Below, one piece after another: positions 48,565 through 58,032 of a stretch of DNA of 64,000 nt. Both the position numbers and the translations under genes were made by a program. The notes beneath the pieces are model-generated. The model saw only the letters and a list, made by a program, of their open reading frames with translations. It made no database searches and was not told the origin of the DNA. Every line of letters starts with the position of its first letter. Position 1 is the first letter of the stretch. The DNA is from Promethearchaeia archaeon (GTDB taxonomy: Archaea > Asgardarchaeota > Lokiarchaeia > Sigyniarchaeales > SOKP01), in NCBI GenBank assembly GCA_046483985.1, contig JAWOCD010000031.1, positions 32,001 to 96,000 of the forward strand. The letters run 5' to 3'.

Positions 48565-50241
48565 ATGGTTATTACTGAATTAGAAACTAAAGATGTTGTA
48601 AAAGAAAAAGATAGAAAAGAACAACCAGAAAGAGAAGAATTAGAACAAAAGGAGCCAGACTTTAGGAAAACTCATACCAAATTATTGTATAAGTTATTTA
48701 AGTATAATTTATTTGATATATCGAATGATATTTTACGAAAGATTCTTGATCAATTTAATCTTTTAGATAAATTCGGAGAATTACAATGGTGGGCGGCGTA
48801 CATTTGGGTACGTGAAGCGATGAGAAGATTATGGAATTTTAATTATGATCGGGTCGATGGCAATCTTTTCCCCGAATATGGGGGTGGAATCTTAGTCTCC
48901 AACCATCAATCGCACCTAGATCCGTTTTTCGTGGCGGGGGCTACCACTCGTAGGATTCATTGGATGAGCAAGGACGAAAATTTTAAAACCCCAATTATGC
49001 GTAGCTTGTTCACCAATCTCAGCGCATTTGAAGTCAAACGGGAAGCTAAGAATAAAGAAGCATGGAACAAAGCAATAAGTATTTTGGAAAATGATAACTG
49101 GGTTGGAATCTTTCCAGAGGGGACACGTTCAAAAGATGGCTCGATAGGAGAATTCAAAACCGGTGCCGTACGAATGGCCATCGAAACGGGACAACCGATA
49201 GTTCCCGCCGCTGTCATCGGCTCAAGAAACGCTTTACCTAAGGGAAAATTAGTTATGAAGCCCGTACAAGTGAAGGTTCGGGTTGCGGAACCCCTCTATT
49301 ACGACGAATACGACATAGACACAGTCTCTTACAAGAAAGTCCGAGAATTGACTGAGGAACTCCGGGAGATTGTAATTGGCCTCAAGAATGGAACCTATAA
49401 TAAGGACAGCGATTACCATGTGGAGGACCTTTCGATTGGAGCTCCGGATACAGCCGAAGAAAGCATTAAAAAATTCAATCTCATGGACCGAATCAAGTCC
49501 TTGGGAAAGGATACATTACAATTAATAGATGATATCTGGTATTCAATTCTCCGTGGTGCCGAAGTTTTCGATTTGAAGGAACATTTTCAAGAAGCCATTT
49601 ATCACTTTTCTGGGAATGTCGTAAATGGCATGTGCGATTTAATGCTACCATACCGGACCATCGATTATGATGAACATATTCCCGAAGAAGGAGGGGCTAT
49701 AATCTGCTCCAACCATAACTCCGAATGGGATGTTATCATACTCGCCACCACCTTCCAACAGCGAGGGGAAGTCGTCTATCAGATGGCAAAGGAATCTCTT
49801 TTTAAGATACCGATAGTGAACGGATGGGTGCGAACATGTCATGCATTTCCATTACGCAGAGACGCACATGATGAGGGTTCTTATAATTATGCGAGAGAAC
49901 TCTTGGAAAATGGAAAAAGAGTTATAGTATATCCTGAAGGGACCACCAATCCCGGAAACGGACAATTCTTGGAAGGTCACACCGGTGCAATTCGATTAGC
50001 AATTGAAGCAAAAGTTCCCATCATCTTGGTTGGAATAACCGGCACAGAGGATATATTTCCAAAACATGCAAAAATGTTAAATTTCGGACAAGGATGCATC
50101 CTTAAGGCGGGAGAATTGTTTCGAGAACATGAACAGTATTTTGATAAGCCCATGCCAGATTATAAGGAACTAAAACGAATGACGGATAACATGATGGCAC
50201 GTATTGAGGATTTAACATTTTATGACGATCCAAATGCATAA
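48565..50241 (+). CDS. plsC: Tandem two-domain PlsC-family (LPLAT) acyltransferase
   Basis: Domain 1 NHQSHLD and FPEGTRS; domain 2 NHNSEWD and YPEGTTN. Confidence 0.9.
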   Translation: MVITELETKDVVKEKDRKEQPEREELEQKEPDFRKTHTKLLYKLFKYNLFDISNDILRKILDQFNLLDKFGELQWWAAYIWVREAMRRLWNFNYDRVDGNLFPEYGGGILVSNHQSHLDPFFVAGATTRRIHWMSKDENFKTPIMRSLFTNLSAFEVKREAKNKEAWNKAISILENDNWVGIFPEGTRSKDGSIGEFKTGAVRMAIETGQPIVPAAVIGSRNALPKGKLVMKPVQVKVRVAEPLYYDEYDIDTVSYKKVRELTEELREIVIGLKNGTYNKDSDYHVEDLSIGAPDTAEESIKKFNLMDRIKSLGKDTLQLIDDIWYSILRGAEVFDLKEHFQEAIYHFSGNVVNGMCDLMLPYRTIDYDEHIPEEGGAIICSNHNSEWDVIILATTFQQRGEVVYQMAKESLFKIPIVNGWVRTCHAFPLRRDAHDEGSYNYARELLENGKRVIVYPEGTTNPGNGQFLEGHTGAIRLAIEAKVPIILVGITGTEDIFPKHAKMLNFGQGCILKAGELFREHEQYFDKPMPDYKELKRMTDNMMARIEDLTFYDDPNA

Positions 50242-51323
50242 TGTTCGAGGGAATCAGTATGAGTTCTGAAGAATATAAAATTAAGGTCGGCATCCCCCGA
50301 GCATTTCATTATTATCGATATTTTCCTTTTTGGAAGAAGTTATTTGATGAGTTTGGGGTAGAAATTATTTTGAGCCCCGGGACCAACAAAAAAATCGTCC
50401 AAGAGGGGGTTTCCTATGCATTGGGGGATCTTTGTTTGCCTTTGAAGGTATATTACGGACATGTGTTGAAATTAATTGAAAAACATCCAGAATTAGATTA
50501 TTTATTTGTTCCGCGTTATGTTTCGGAGGTGCCTGATTCTTATTTCTGCCCGAAGTTCCTTTCTTTACCAGATGTAATCAAAATTGTGCCTAATGTGCCT
50601 CCAATTTTGCATTTCGAGGTTAATGTGAAAAAGAAACCCATTTCTATGTCGGTAATAGATATGGCAAAAGAATTAGGGATAGGGCAGAGAAAGGCATTGG
50701 ACGCATATTATAAGGCAGATGAGTATTTTAATAAATACGTATCTTTTTTGAGGAGCGGAGCGCCCGTAAATTATGCACTACGTCTGGTAAAAAACAATAA
50801 AGCTTTTAAGCTCCCAAAGAAAAAACAAAAATCTGGTGAAATCAAACTACTTCTTTTAGGACATGAATATAATATTTTTGATACCTATGTAAATTTAGAT
50901 TTTCAAGAAAAATTGCGGGAAGAAAACGTTGAGGTAATTACTAAGGAAAATTTGCCCCAAAAAGTATTTCAAACCCCAGTAGTTGTAAACAAAAAGCTAA
51001 AAAACTATTGGAGGCACGAAGAAGAAATCATGCAAGCGATCCGATATTTTCTTACTAAAGGTCGCGACGAAATTGATGGCGTCATCTTTTTAATTAGTTT
51101 TGCATGTGGCCCCGATAGTATTATTTCCGAATTAATTATGCGGGATATGAAAGTTGTAAGACTTCCGTTTCTCCAGATTATAATGGACGAACATACTGGA
51201 GAAGCAGGGTTACTTACTCGTGTTCAATCATTTACAGATATGATAAAACGAAAAAAGAAGAAATTAAAAATGCGAGAAAAAGAACAGCAAACTACGAGTT
51301 CTCAAAAAGCGGAGGTAATATAA
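50241..51323 (+). CDS. DUF2229 acyl-CoA dehydratase activase-related protein (PlsA/Ger reductase-like domain)
   Basis: VGIPRA..FPFW, CLPLKVYYGH, CPKF, SFACGPD, DEHTGEAGLLTR. Confidence 0.85.
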   Translation: MFEGISMSSEEYKIKVGIPRAFHYYRYFPFWKKLFDEFGVEIILSPGTNKKIVQEGVSYALGDLCLPLKVYYGHVLKLIEKHPELDYLFVPRYVSEVPDSYFCPKFLSLPDVIKIVPNVPPILHFEVNVKKKPISMSVIDMAKELGIGQRKALDAYYKADEYFNKYVSFLRSGAPVNYALRLVKNNKAFKLPKKKQKSGEIKLLLLGHEYNIFDTYVNLDFQEKLREENVEVITKENLPQKVFQTPVVVNKKLKNYWRHEEEIMQAIRYFLTKGRDEIDGVIFLISFACGPDSIISELIMRDMKVVRLPFLQIIMDEHTGEAGLLTRVQSFTDMIKRKKKKLKMREKEQQTTSSQKAEVI

Positions 51324-51326
51324 CAG

Positions 51327-52523
51327 ATGTTGGTATCATTTCCAAATATGGGTTATAACTGGGTAGCTTTTAAAACATTATTCGACTGTCTAGACGTTCC
51401 TGTCGTGTTACCCGATCCGACAAATAGAAAATCAGTCAAGTTCGGTGTGCGGCATAGTCCTGAATTTGTCTGTTTTCCGTTTAAAGCGACGCTTGGAGAT
51501 TTCAAAAATGCTTTAGAGAAAGGCGCAGACACTCTCGTGATGGCAATTGATTGCGGTCCTTGCCGGTTCGGTTTTTATGCGAGCGCCCAAGAACGAATTC
51601 TGCGAGATTTAGGATATGACGATTTTCGAATGGTCCCTTTAGATCAAGCTGATCTCTTAGAATTAAAGTGGGTCAATACCTTATTTAAAGTGACAGAGGA
51701 TCAAGGACTATTTAAATATGCAAAGGCCGTTAAAGCAGTCATCTTTTTCCTAAAAAAATCAAAATATATAGAGGATATTCAGACTGCAGAGGGGATTTTC
51801 CGGGCATATGAAGAAAATAAAGGCGATACCACCCGAACGGTGGATAAACTGCTGGACAAATTAGATCAAATGAATACTTTAAAAGGGCTTCGAAACTTCC
51901 GTTCGGTTATCAAGGAAGAATTTAATCAAATTGACGTAGATAAAAGTCGCAACACCTTAAAGGTGGGTATTTCTGGTGAAATTCACATCACTTTAGAACC
52001 TTATGTTAACTTAGATATCCGTCGTAAGTTGGGTAACATGGGCTGTGAAATACATCAGTCATTAAGTCTTTACGATTGGATAGTACATAAATTTCATTTA
52101 AATTACCACCGAAAATGGTTAAAACATTTAGCAGAGCCTCATATGTCAATGGACATTGGCGGGGAAGCTGTCTGGGTATTAGGCGAATATATTGATAAAG
52201 CGAATGCAGGTTTTGACGGATTTGTCCATCAATATCCCTTTACTTGCATGCCAGAACTTACGGCTCGGACAATTATTGAAAATAAATTAAAGCCCGAATA
52301 TGATTTGCCTGTAATTTTCTTTTCATTTGATGAGCAATCAGGACAAGAAGGCTTCAGAACGCGTCTGGAAGCATTCTGCGATTTAATGCAATCAAGGCGA
52401 TCTCAGAGTTTGATCGGCCCCGGAAGTGAAACAATCAAAAAAGACAAGCAAGATGAGGTTAAATTGAATAATTATGGTAATGTATTTTATCAAGAAATTA
52501 AACAATTAATTCAAACTAAATAA
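51327..52523 (+). CDS. 2-hydroxyacyl-CoA dehydratase-like subunit (PlsR/Ger-like)
   Basis: CFPFK, GPCRFGFY, PFTCMPE, DEQSGQEGFRTRLEAF. Confidence 0.8.
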   Translation: MLVSFPNMGYNWVAFKTLFDCLDVPVVLPDPTNRKSVKFGVRHSPEFVCFPFKATLGDFKNALEKGADTLVMAIDCGPCRFGFYASAQERILRDLGYDDFRMVPLDQADLLELKWVNTLFKVTEDQGLFKYAKAVKAVIFFLKKSKYIEDIQTAEGIFRAYEENKGDTTRTVDKLLDKLDQMNTLKGLRNFRSVIKEEFNQIDVDKSRNTLKVGISGEIHITLEPYVNLDIRRKLGNMGCEIHQSLSLYDWIVHKFHLNYHRKWLKHLAEPHMSMDIGGEAVWVLGEYIDKANAGFDGFVHQYPFTCMPELTARTIIENKLKPEYDLPVIFFSFDEQSGQEGFRTRLEAFCDLMQSRRSQSLIGPGSETIKKDKQDEVKLNNYGNVFYQEIKQLIQTK

Positions 52524-52534
52524 TAAAGAAGGAA

Positions 52535-53569
52535 TTGAATATGGTTCAAGCTAGAGAAAATATTACAAGTACTAAAAAAATAAAACAAGATGCATTTCTT
52601 GGCATCGATGTAGGAAGTGTAAGTTGTAAATTTGTATTGATAGATGAAGATGGGAATATGCTAACTAATGTGTTTCTTAGAAACCGCGGATCACCGATTG
52701 ATTCAGTGAAAGTTGGGATGGCAAAAATGAAATCCCATATAGAGGAAAACGAAGAACTACAGGAATACAAGATACGATCGTGTGGAACAACAGGATCAGC
52801 CCGATATTTAACAAAAGCAGTCGTTGGCGGTGATCTTGCAAAGACCGAAATTATTGCTCATGCAGTTGCTACACAATCAATGTATCCCGACGTTAGAACA
52901 ATCCTTGAAATCGGGGGGCAAGACAGTAAAATTATCATCCTTCGTGATGGGATTATCGTTGATTTTGCAATGAATTCAGTATGCGCCGCTGGAACAGGAT
53001 CTTTTTTAGATCACCAAGCAGAACGATTAAATATTCCTATAGAGGATTTTGGAAATTATGCTATCAAATCCGATAGTCCTGTATCCATTGCGGGACGATG
53101 TACGGTATTTGCTGAATCGGATATGATCCATAAACAAAACGCAGGACACTCAAAAGAAGATATCATTGCGGGGCTTTGTGATTCCTTGGTACGCAATTAC
53201 TTAAACAACGTAGGAAAAGGAAAAGAATTGGCCGAACCAGTTGTGTTCCAAGGTGGAGTTTCTTATAACGAGGGTATTATAGAAGCATTTGAACGGCATT
53301 TGGAGTGTGAAGTGACAGTTCCCAAGCATAATGTATTAATGGGAGCACTCGGGATGGCAATTTTAGTAAGGGAATATTTTTACGAACATGGAAAGGAAAC
53401 AAGTTTCCGTGGATTAAACGTCGCACAAACTGAATTTCATACCTCTACATTTCATTGTGGAGATTGCCCCAACAATTGCGAAATCGTTGAAGTAAAAATG
53501 CCCAACCAGGGAGATAAGATAATAGCACGCTGGGGAAGTAGATGTGGTAAATGGAGTATAGGGTGGTAG
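52535..53569 (+). CDS. ASKHA ATPase activase (BadF/BadG/BcrA/BcrD, HgdC-like) with C-terminal Cys cluster
   Basis: GIDVGS, EIGGQDSK, CAAGTGSFL, RCTVFAESD, FHCGDCPNNC..SRC. Confidence 0.92.
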   Translation: MNMVQARENITSTKKIKQDAFLGIDVGSVSCKFVLIDEDGNMLTNVFLRNRGSPIDSVKVGMAKMKSHIEENEELQEYKIRSCGTTGSARYLTKAVVGGDLAKTEIIAHAVATQSMYPDVRTILEIGGQDSKIIILRDGIIVDFAMNSVCAAGTGSFLDHQAERLNIPIEDFGNYAIKSDSPVSIAGRCTVFAESDMIHKQNAGHSKEDIIAGLCDSLVRNYLNNVGKGKELAEPVVFQGGVSYNEGIIEAFERHLECEVTVPKHNVLMGALGMAILVREYFYEHGKETSFRGLNVAQTEFHTSTFHCGDCPNNCEIVEVKMPNQGDKIIARWGSRCGKWSIGW

Positions 53570-53627
53570 TGGAGAAATGAGTGGAAATTTAATCTATTAT
53601 TTATAAAATTAAAATAATTAAAATGGA

Positions 53628-53843
53628 GTGAAAAGCAAAGTGGAAAATGTAGAAAAGATTTTCAAAAATATAAAAAAACTTGGGAAAGAAATTTTTGACA
53701 CAGCAAACCATCGCACAAAGCTGCGAACAATATTTGATGCGTATACAGAAGAAGCTATCCCAACTTTTGTGAAAGAGGAAGATTTGAAAGAATATTATGA
53801 GGAACAAATGGAAAAAGTAAATGAGTTTATTTATAAATTATAA
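53628..53843 (+). CDS. Small hypothetical helical protein
   Basis: Within the operon; GTG start. Confidence 0.5.
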   Translation: MKSKVENVEKIFKNIKKLGKEIFDTANHRTKLRTIFDAYTEEAIPTFVKEEDLKEYYEEQMEKVNEFIYKL

Positions 53844-53890
53844 GGATTTTAAAAAGTTTTAAAACAAAGTAAAAATAAAAAAAAGAGTGA

Positions 53891-54607
53891 ATGAAAATGG
53901 TTGAAACAGCTTATAATACAACGGAAGAAAGCGCGGGTTTCGATAAAGATGAACTCATAAATGATCTCCTATATGGAGCAACAAAGGGACTCGGAAAAAT
54001 GGTGTCTAAGTATGTAAATAATTTGAAGATTGAAGGAAAAGGAAATGTGCCTATGCGTGGGAAGGCAATTTTAACAACAATTTCAAAAAACGCCCTTCGA
54101 GACATGGTCCTTATCAGTCAAGTATCAGGTAGAAAAATCCATTTTATGCTTGATCCAAAATTGATGAAGCAAAAAGTGGTTGGAGACTTCTTAAAACGAT
54201 TGGGGATGTTTCGAAGTACGATCAGTAAAGACGACAAAGAACCAATAAATAAAGTGTTTAAGATCTTAAATAAGAAGAAAGAACTGGTCGCCATGACGCC
54301 CGAGGAGAAATTAGGCAGAGAAACCATAATTAAAGCAATGGCCAGCATTATCAAGTTTGCAATCGCCGGAGATGCTCCAATAGTCCCGGTCGCGATTTAC
54401 ACGAGAACTAACAAAATTCTCAATATGATTCCAACAAGTTCATTGGTAGTACGGGTTGGAACACCGCTAAAATTAGACAGAAAATTAACCCGTGATAAAT
54501 ATCGCCCAAAACGATATAAAGCAGCGGAAGAGATAGTTAATATTATCGAACATCTGAAAAATGAGACCCCGATAGACGAATCAGACAAGAATTCATCATC
54601 AGAATAA
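53891..54607 (+). CDS. Degenerate PlsC-like protein
   Basis: IEGKGNVP, IHFM, MTPE, APIVPVAI, VRVGTPL; HxxxxD histidine missing. Confidence 0.7.
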   Translation: MKMVETAYNTTEESAGFDKDELINDLLYGATKGLGKMVSKYVNNLKIEGKGNVPMRGKAILTTISKNALRDMVLISQVSGRKIHFMLDPKLMKQKVVGDFLKRLGMFRSTISKDDKEPINKVFKILNKKKELVAMTPEEKLGRETIIKAMASIIKFAIAGDAPIVPVAIYTRTNKILNMIPTSSLVVRVGTPLKLDRKLTRDKYRPKRYKAAEEIVNIIEHLKNETPIDESDKNSSSE

Positions 54608-54625
54608 TAAATGAGCTGAAAGACA

Positions 54626-54895
54626 GTGGAAAAATTAAAAGAGAAAAACCCCGAAGAATCCTCAGATAAGAATTGCCATCCCAAAGAAAATGAAGATCTT
54701 AATATGAAGAAGGTGAAGAAAATGTTCGGCGACTTAGATATTGATAAGGAACTGAGTGGATTATTCTATAATTCAATAAAACTTTTCTTTGAACTTGGAA
54801 GGGAACTCACCGAAAATCTAGACGAAGAGCTGTATGACAAAGCACTTAAAATGTATCAGCAGAAAAAGAATAAAAAAGAAAAAAGTAACATTTAA
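54626..54895 (+). CDS. Small hypothetical protein
   Basis: 18 bp after the upstream gene. Confidence 0.5.
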   Translation: MEKLKEKNPEESSDKNCHPKENEDLNMKKVKKMFGDLDIDKELSGLFYNSIKLFFELGRELTENLDEELYDKALKMYQQKKNKKEKSNI

Positions 54896-55084
54896 GATTT
54901 TTTCTATTTTTCATTTTAAAAAATCTTATTTTGCTTGTAATTTAAACTGTAGTTATATTGAGATTCAAAGATATGATCCATATTTAAAAATTAACAAAAA
55001 GGCAATTCTCTCCCATAGAAAGCGGTCGAACAGACATGTGATAAAGGAAGGAAAGAAAAAGCATGAGAATCTCGTTCTACTTAG

Positions 55085-55261
55085 TTAGTCCTTCTTCTGT
55101 TCCTCACGTTTAATATCAAGGAAACGCTCGACTCGGCGGCGAACAGCATCTATAATGAATTCCGAGTGGGATCTATAACCAAGTTCCTTTTGCTCCTCAA
55201 TAATTTTAAGTATTGATTCAACCAAATCTTCGGGGATTCTTACTGTGCGATAATTAGGCAT
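55085..55261 (-). CDS. Ribbon-helix-helix (CopG/Arc-like) regulator, 58 aa, absent from the ORF track
   Basis: MPNYRTVRIPEDLVESILKIIEEQKELGYRSHSEFIIDAVRRRVERFLDIKREEQKKD. Confidence 0.85.
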   Translation of the reverse strand: MPNYRTVRIPEDLVESILKIIEEQKELGYRSHSEFIIDAVRRRVERFLDIKREEQKKD

Positions 55262-55547
55262 AATTAAAACAAACAGACAATGTTAATTTTATATTTTTTT
55301 TTTTTTTTATATTATGGAGAAAACAAATATGATTTTTTCTTGACACGCTAACTATTTCTCTCTGTGTTCTATGAATAAAAAAATTCAAATATATTAATAG
55401 TTTTGTATTTTTTTGTTAATTTACATTAAATTCTTTGACTATAAAGTGAAAGTACGGGGAAAATATTGAATTATTAATGAGTTATCCTTGTTTAAAATGA
55501 TTAAAAAATAAAAAATCTCTTCAATTATATAATAAACTATTCATTTA

Positions 55548-55586
55548 TAATTCCTTTTAATTCCTTTTAATTCCTTTTAATTCCTT
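55548..55586. repeat. 10-bp tandem repeat TAATTCCTTT, about x4
   Basis: Read directly from the sequence. Confidence 0.8.
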
Positions 55587-55684
55587 CATAAATCCAACTT
55601 TTTCTAAAAAAATTAGATAAGATTATCCACAGACAGTAATTGAAATGAGAAATACGCCAGAAACTTCAATAAACAAAACTTCAA

Positions 55685-56611
55685 TCAAACACGCTTCTCA
55701 TAATTAATGAGTACCACTGCAACTAGTACTATAACCCCCCCAAGTATGTTCCATATTACAATGACTTCTTCTCTTTGGAGCAGTGTTGAGATAAGGAGAG
55801 TAATAAATGGTTCAAAATATAAAAATGAAGCAACTTTAGAGGACATTAAGTTTTTTTGAGAATATTGCCAAATATAATACCCGACCACATAGCATCCTAC
55901 ACCCAAATACAGACCACTTAAAAGGACAACCGGATGAAAAAAAAATTGCAAAAATATCTCCAATTCATTGGAAAATACAACTAAAAAAAACAACTCTAAT
56001 GTCCCCAAATATCCAATATATTCAAGCATTCGGTGATGGGAATTAGTTTTTGGAATTTTCTTGGTCAAGGTTGAATAGATACTCCAAGAAACAGGGGTTA
56101 AAAGAGCAAAAAAAAATCCTAAGAAACTGGGAGAGGAGGGAAAAAGAGTTCCTAGATCCCCTCCCGTCACCAACAAAAAGCCTCCAATGCTTGCAATTAT
56201 AAAACCGATCGCCTTTAATAGAGTGAGAGGTTCTTTGAAAAGGAAAAGTGCAAGAAAAGAGATCAATACGGGTGACAAAAGACAGACAAATAGAGCCGGA
56301 AGGGAAGGACCGATCAGTTCAATAGCATTATATTGTGTATAGAAAAAAAAAGAAACCCCAGTAAGGCTTGCAAAGAATAGATAGACCCATGAACTTAAGG
56401 AATATGAAGTCTTTTTCTGAGAAGAAGAATCTGAAGTAAATATCTTTCTGTAAATCCGTATTAATATGTAAGTGCCAGAAGCGATAACAAAACGATATAG
56501 AGCAACAGAAAGAGGAGGGATATATTCTACGGAGATATCAACGACGACGAAAGAAAAACTCCATATAATAATCATTAAGGTAAGTAACAGATAGTTTTCA
56601 TACTTCTTCAT
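55685..56611 (-). CDS. DMT/EamA family transporter
   Basis: IWSFSF..PPLSVALYRF; about 10 TM segments. Confidence 0.9.
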   Translation of the reverse strand: MKKYENYLLLTLMIIIWSFSFVVVDISVEYIPPLSVALYRFVIASGTYILIRIYRKIFTSDSSSQKKTSYSLSSWVYLFFASLTGVSFFFYTQYNAIELIGPSLPALFVCLLSPVLISFLALFLFKEPLTLLKAIGFIIASIGGFLLVTGGDLGTLFPSSPSFLGFFFALLTPVSWSIYSTLTKKIPKTNSHHRMLEYIGYLGTLELFFLVVFSNELEIFLQFFFHPVVLLSGLYLGVGCYVVGYYIWQYSQKNLMSSKVASFLYFEPFITLLISTLLQREEVIVIWNILGGVIVLVAVVLINYEKRV

Positions 56612-56618
56612 ATGAATC

Positions 56619-57011
56619 TTACTTCAGTATCTTTATCTCATATAGGTTATCGTATGCATCTTTGATAAAATAATAAAACCCTTCTCCTTGTCTCGGAATC
56701 TTCTTAATGTCGAAATCCATAGCATTCGCACGGGAGAGTAATCTATCAGGGTCTTTCACAAGTAAACAATTGTGAGTAAAGATGTCCCTTGCTTTTTCAT
56801 TTTCATCTGTAATAAATACCTCCGCATTAATATGTTCTGACTCGTATCGAATCGCGCGCCTCTTCTTTTTAACCCCAAAAATTTTCTCCGTTAAATCTGG
56901 AGAAATATCAAAAGAGCGCACTTTTTTCATTTCCAAGAGGTTAACAAAAAAATTATCGCTATTCTTTTCCGAATTTGATGCAACCGCAATATGTTCTAAA
57001 TTCATCTTCAT
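56619..57011 (-). CDS. VOC/glyoxalase family protein
   Basis: LEHIAV, THNCL, FIKDAYDNLYEI. Confidence 0.85.
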   Translation of the reverse strand: MKMNLEHIAVASNSEKNSDNFFVNLLEMKKVRSFDISPDLTEKIFGVKKKRRAIRYESEHINAEVFITDENEKARDIFTHNCLLVKDPDRLLSRANAMDFDIKKIPRQGEGFYYFIKDAYDNLYEIKILK

Positions 57012-57070
57012 TATTATAGGTTAATCAATTAATAATTAGTTTTATTATTATCTGAGATAAATAATTTTAT

Positions 57071-57342
57071 CAAAAAACAAAAGAAAACATCATCCCTAGG
57101 ATGGAGATGAATTTTGCGTTTAAATCCCTAAATATCTTAAGACCATATTTTTAAATAGGTCAATATCTAACTTATAATTATACAATGCTTCGGATTAATA
57201 CCTACCTTAACATTAATATAGTTCATAATTATAAAAAGAAGCAGAACCGTAATTTCCGGTTGGAGAACCAACCTATATTATCTCGTGGAATGATCACACA
57301 TTAGAGAATAGGAATCGCACGCTTTTAGGCGTGAGTAGTTCA
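57071..57342 (+). mobile_element. Non-autonomous IS200/IS605-type mini-element, copy 2
   Basis: Follows TTTAT; left hairpin CATCC-CTA-GGATG; right hairpin then TAGTTCA. Confidence 0.78.
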
Positions 57343-57419
57343 TAATCAATGGTACACTTTAATTAATTAAAGTATTTTCTACAGAAAAAAATAAATTTAC
57401 CTTAAATCGGGACATTAAT

Positions 57420-58007
57420 GTGAAGAAAATTGTATATAATCTAAATCTAGCGATAGTGGGTTCTTTAAATTCCAGAAAAAAAAGATTATTAGATGTCTTA
57501 GAATCGGTAGTTTTAGAACAAAGGGAAAAAAGAAACTTCCGAGAATTTCAGATTTTATATCACCACATTATGTTTAAATTAAAAATTTTTACTTCTGCGT
57601 CATTCAAGGAATTAAAGAAAAAAATATCAGACGTTCAAAGATTAGACGGTTTAATGATAGTGATTAATGTCTACGAAAGGAAATTTTTTAACTCCTCATT
57701 AGATAAAAAAATAGAATCTCTTAAAGGGACAATTGAATTTGAAAATTATAAAATTTTAGTGGCGTCCGAACAACAAGCTTTTGCAGAGAGATATAAAATT
57801 CGAGAGAATGAGTTAATTCAGAAAGCGAAAGATTTAGACTTTATTTACTGTTTTAAAATAGATAACCAAACAGATAATGGAGATATTTTAGGAATATTTC
57901 ATAAAATCCTAGAAGATTCCATTTTAAAGTTTGAAAACTCTAATCCTGAGTTGTTTGAATTAGCAAAGATTTATGGTAAGCATGTAGAAGAAAAGGAAGA
58001 AATATAA
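57420..58007 (+). CDS. Degenerate small-GTPase-like (Rab/Ras fold) protein
   Basis: NLAIVGSLNSRKKRLL, FKLKIF, DGLMIVINV; G1/G3/G4 motifs eroded. Confidence 0.45.
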   Translation: MKKIVYNLNLAIVGSLNSRKKRLLDVLESVVLEQREKRNFREFQILYHHIMFKLKIFTSASFKELKKKISDVQRLDGLMIVINVYERKFFNSSLDKKIESLKGTIEFENYKILVASEQQAFAERYKIRENELIQKAKDLDFIYCFKIDNQTDNGDILGIFHKILEDSILKFENSNPELFELAKIYGKHVEEKEEI

Positions 58008-58032
58008 ATGATAAATCGATTTTTGTGAAAAT

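Noticed and set aside
53628-53843. Acyl carrier protein
   Set aside because: No DSL phosphopantetheine attachment motif
55623-55631. TTATCCACA DnaA box
   Set aside because: Single copy in an archaeal, AT-rich context; expected by chance
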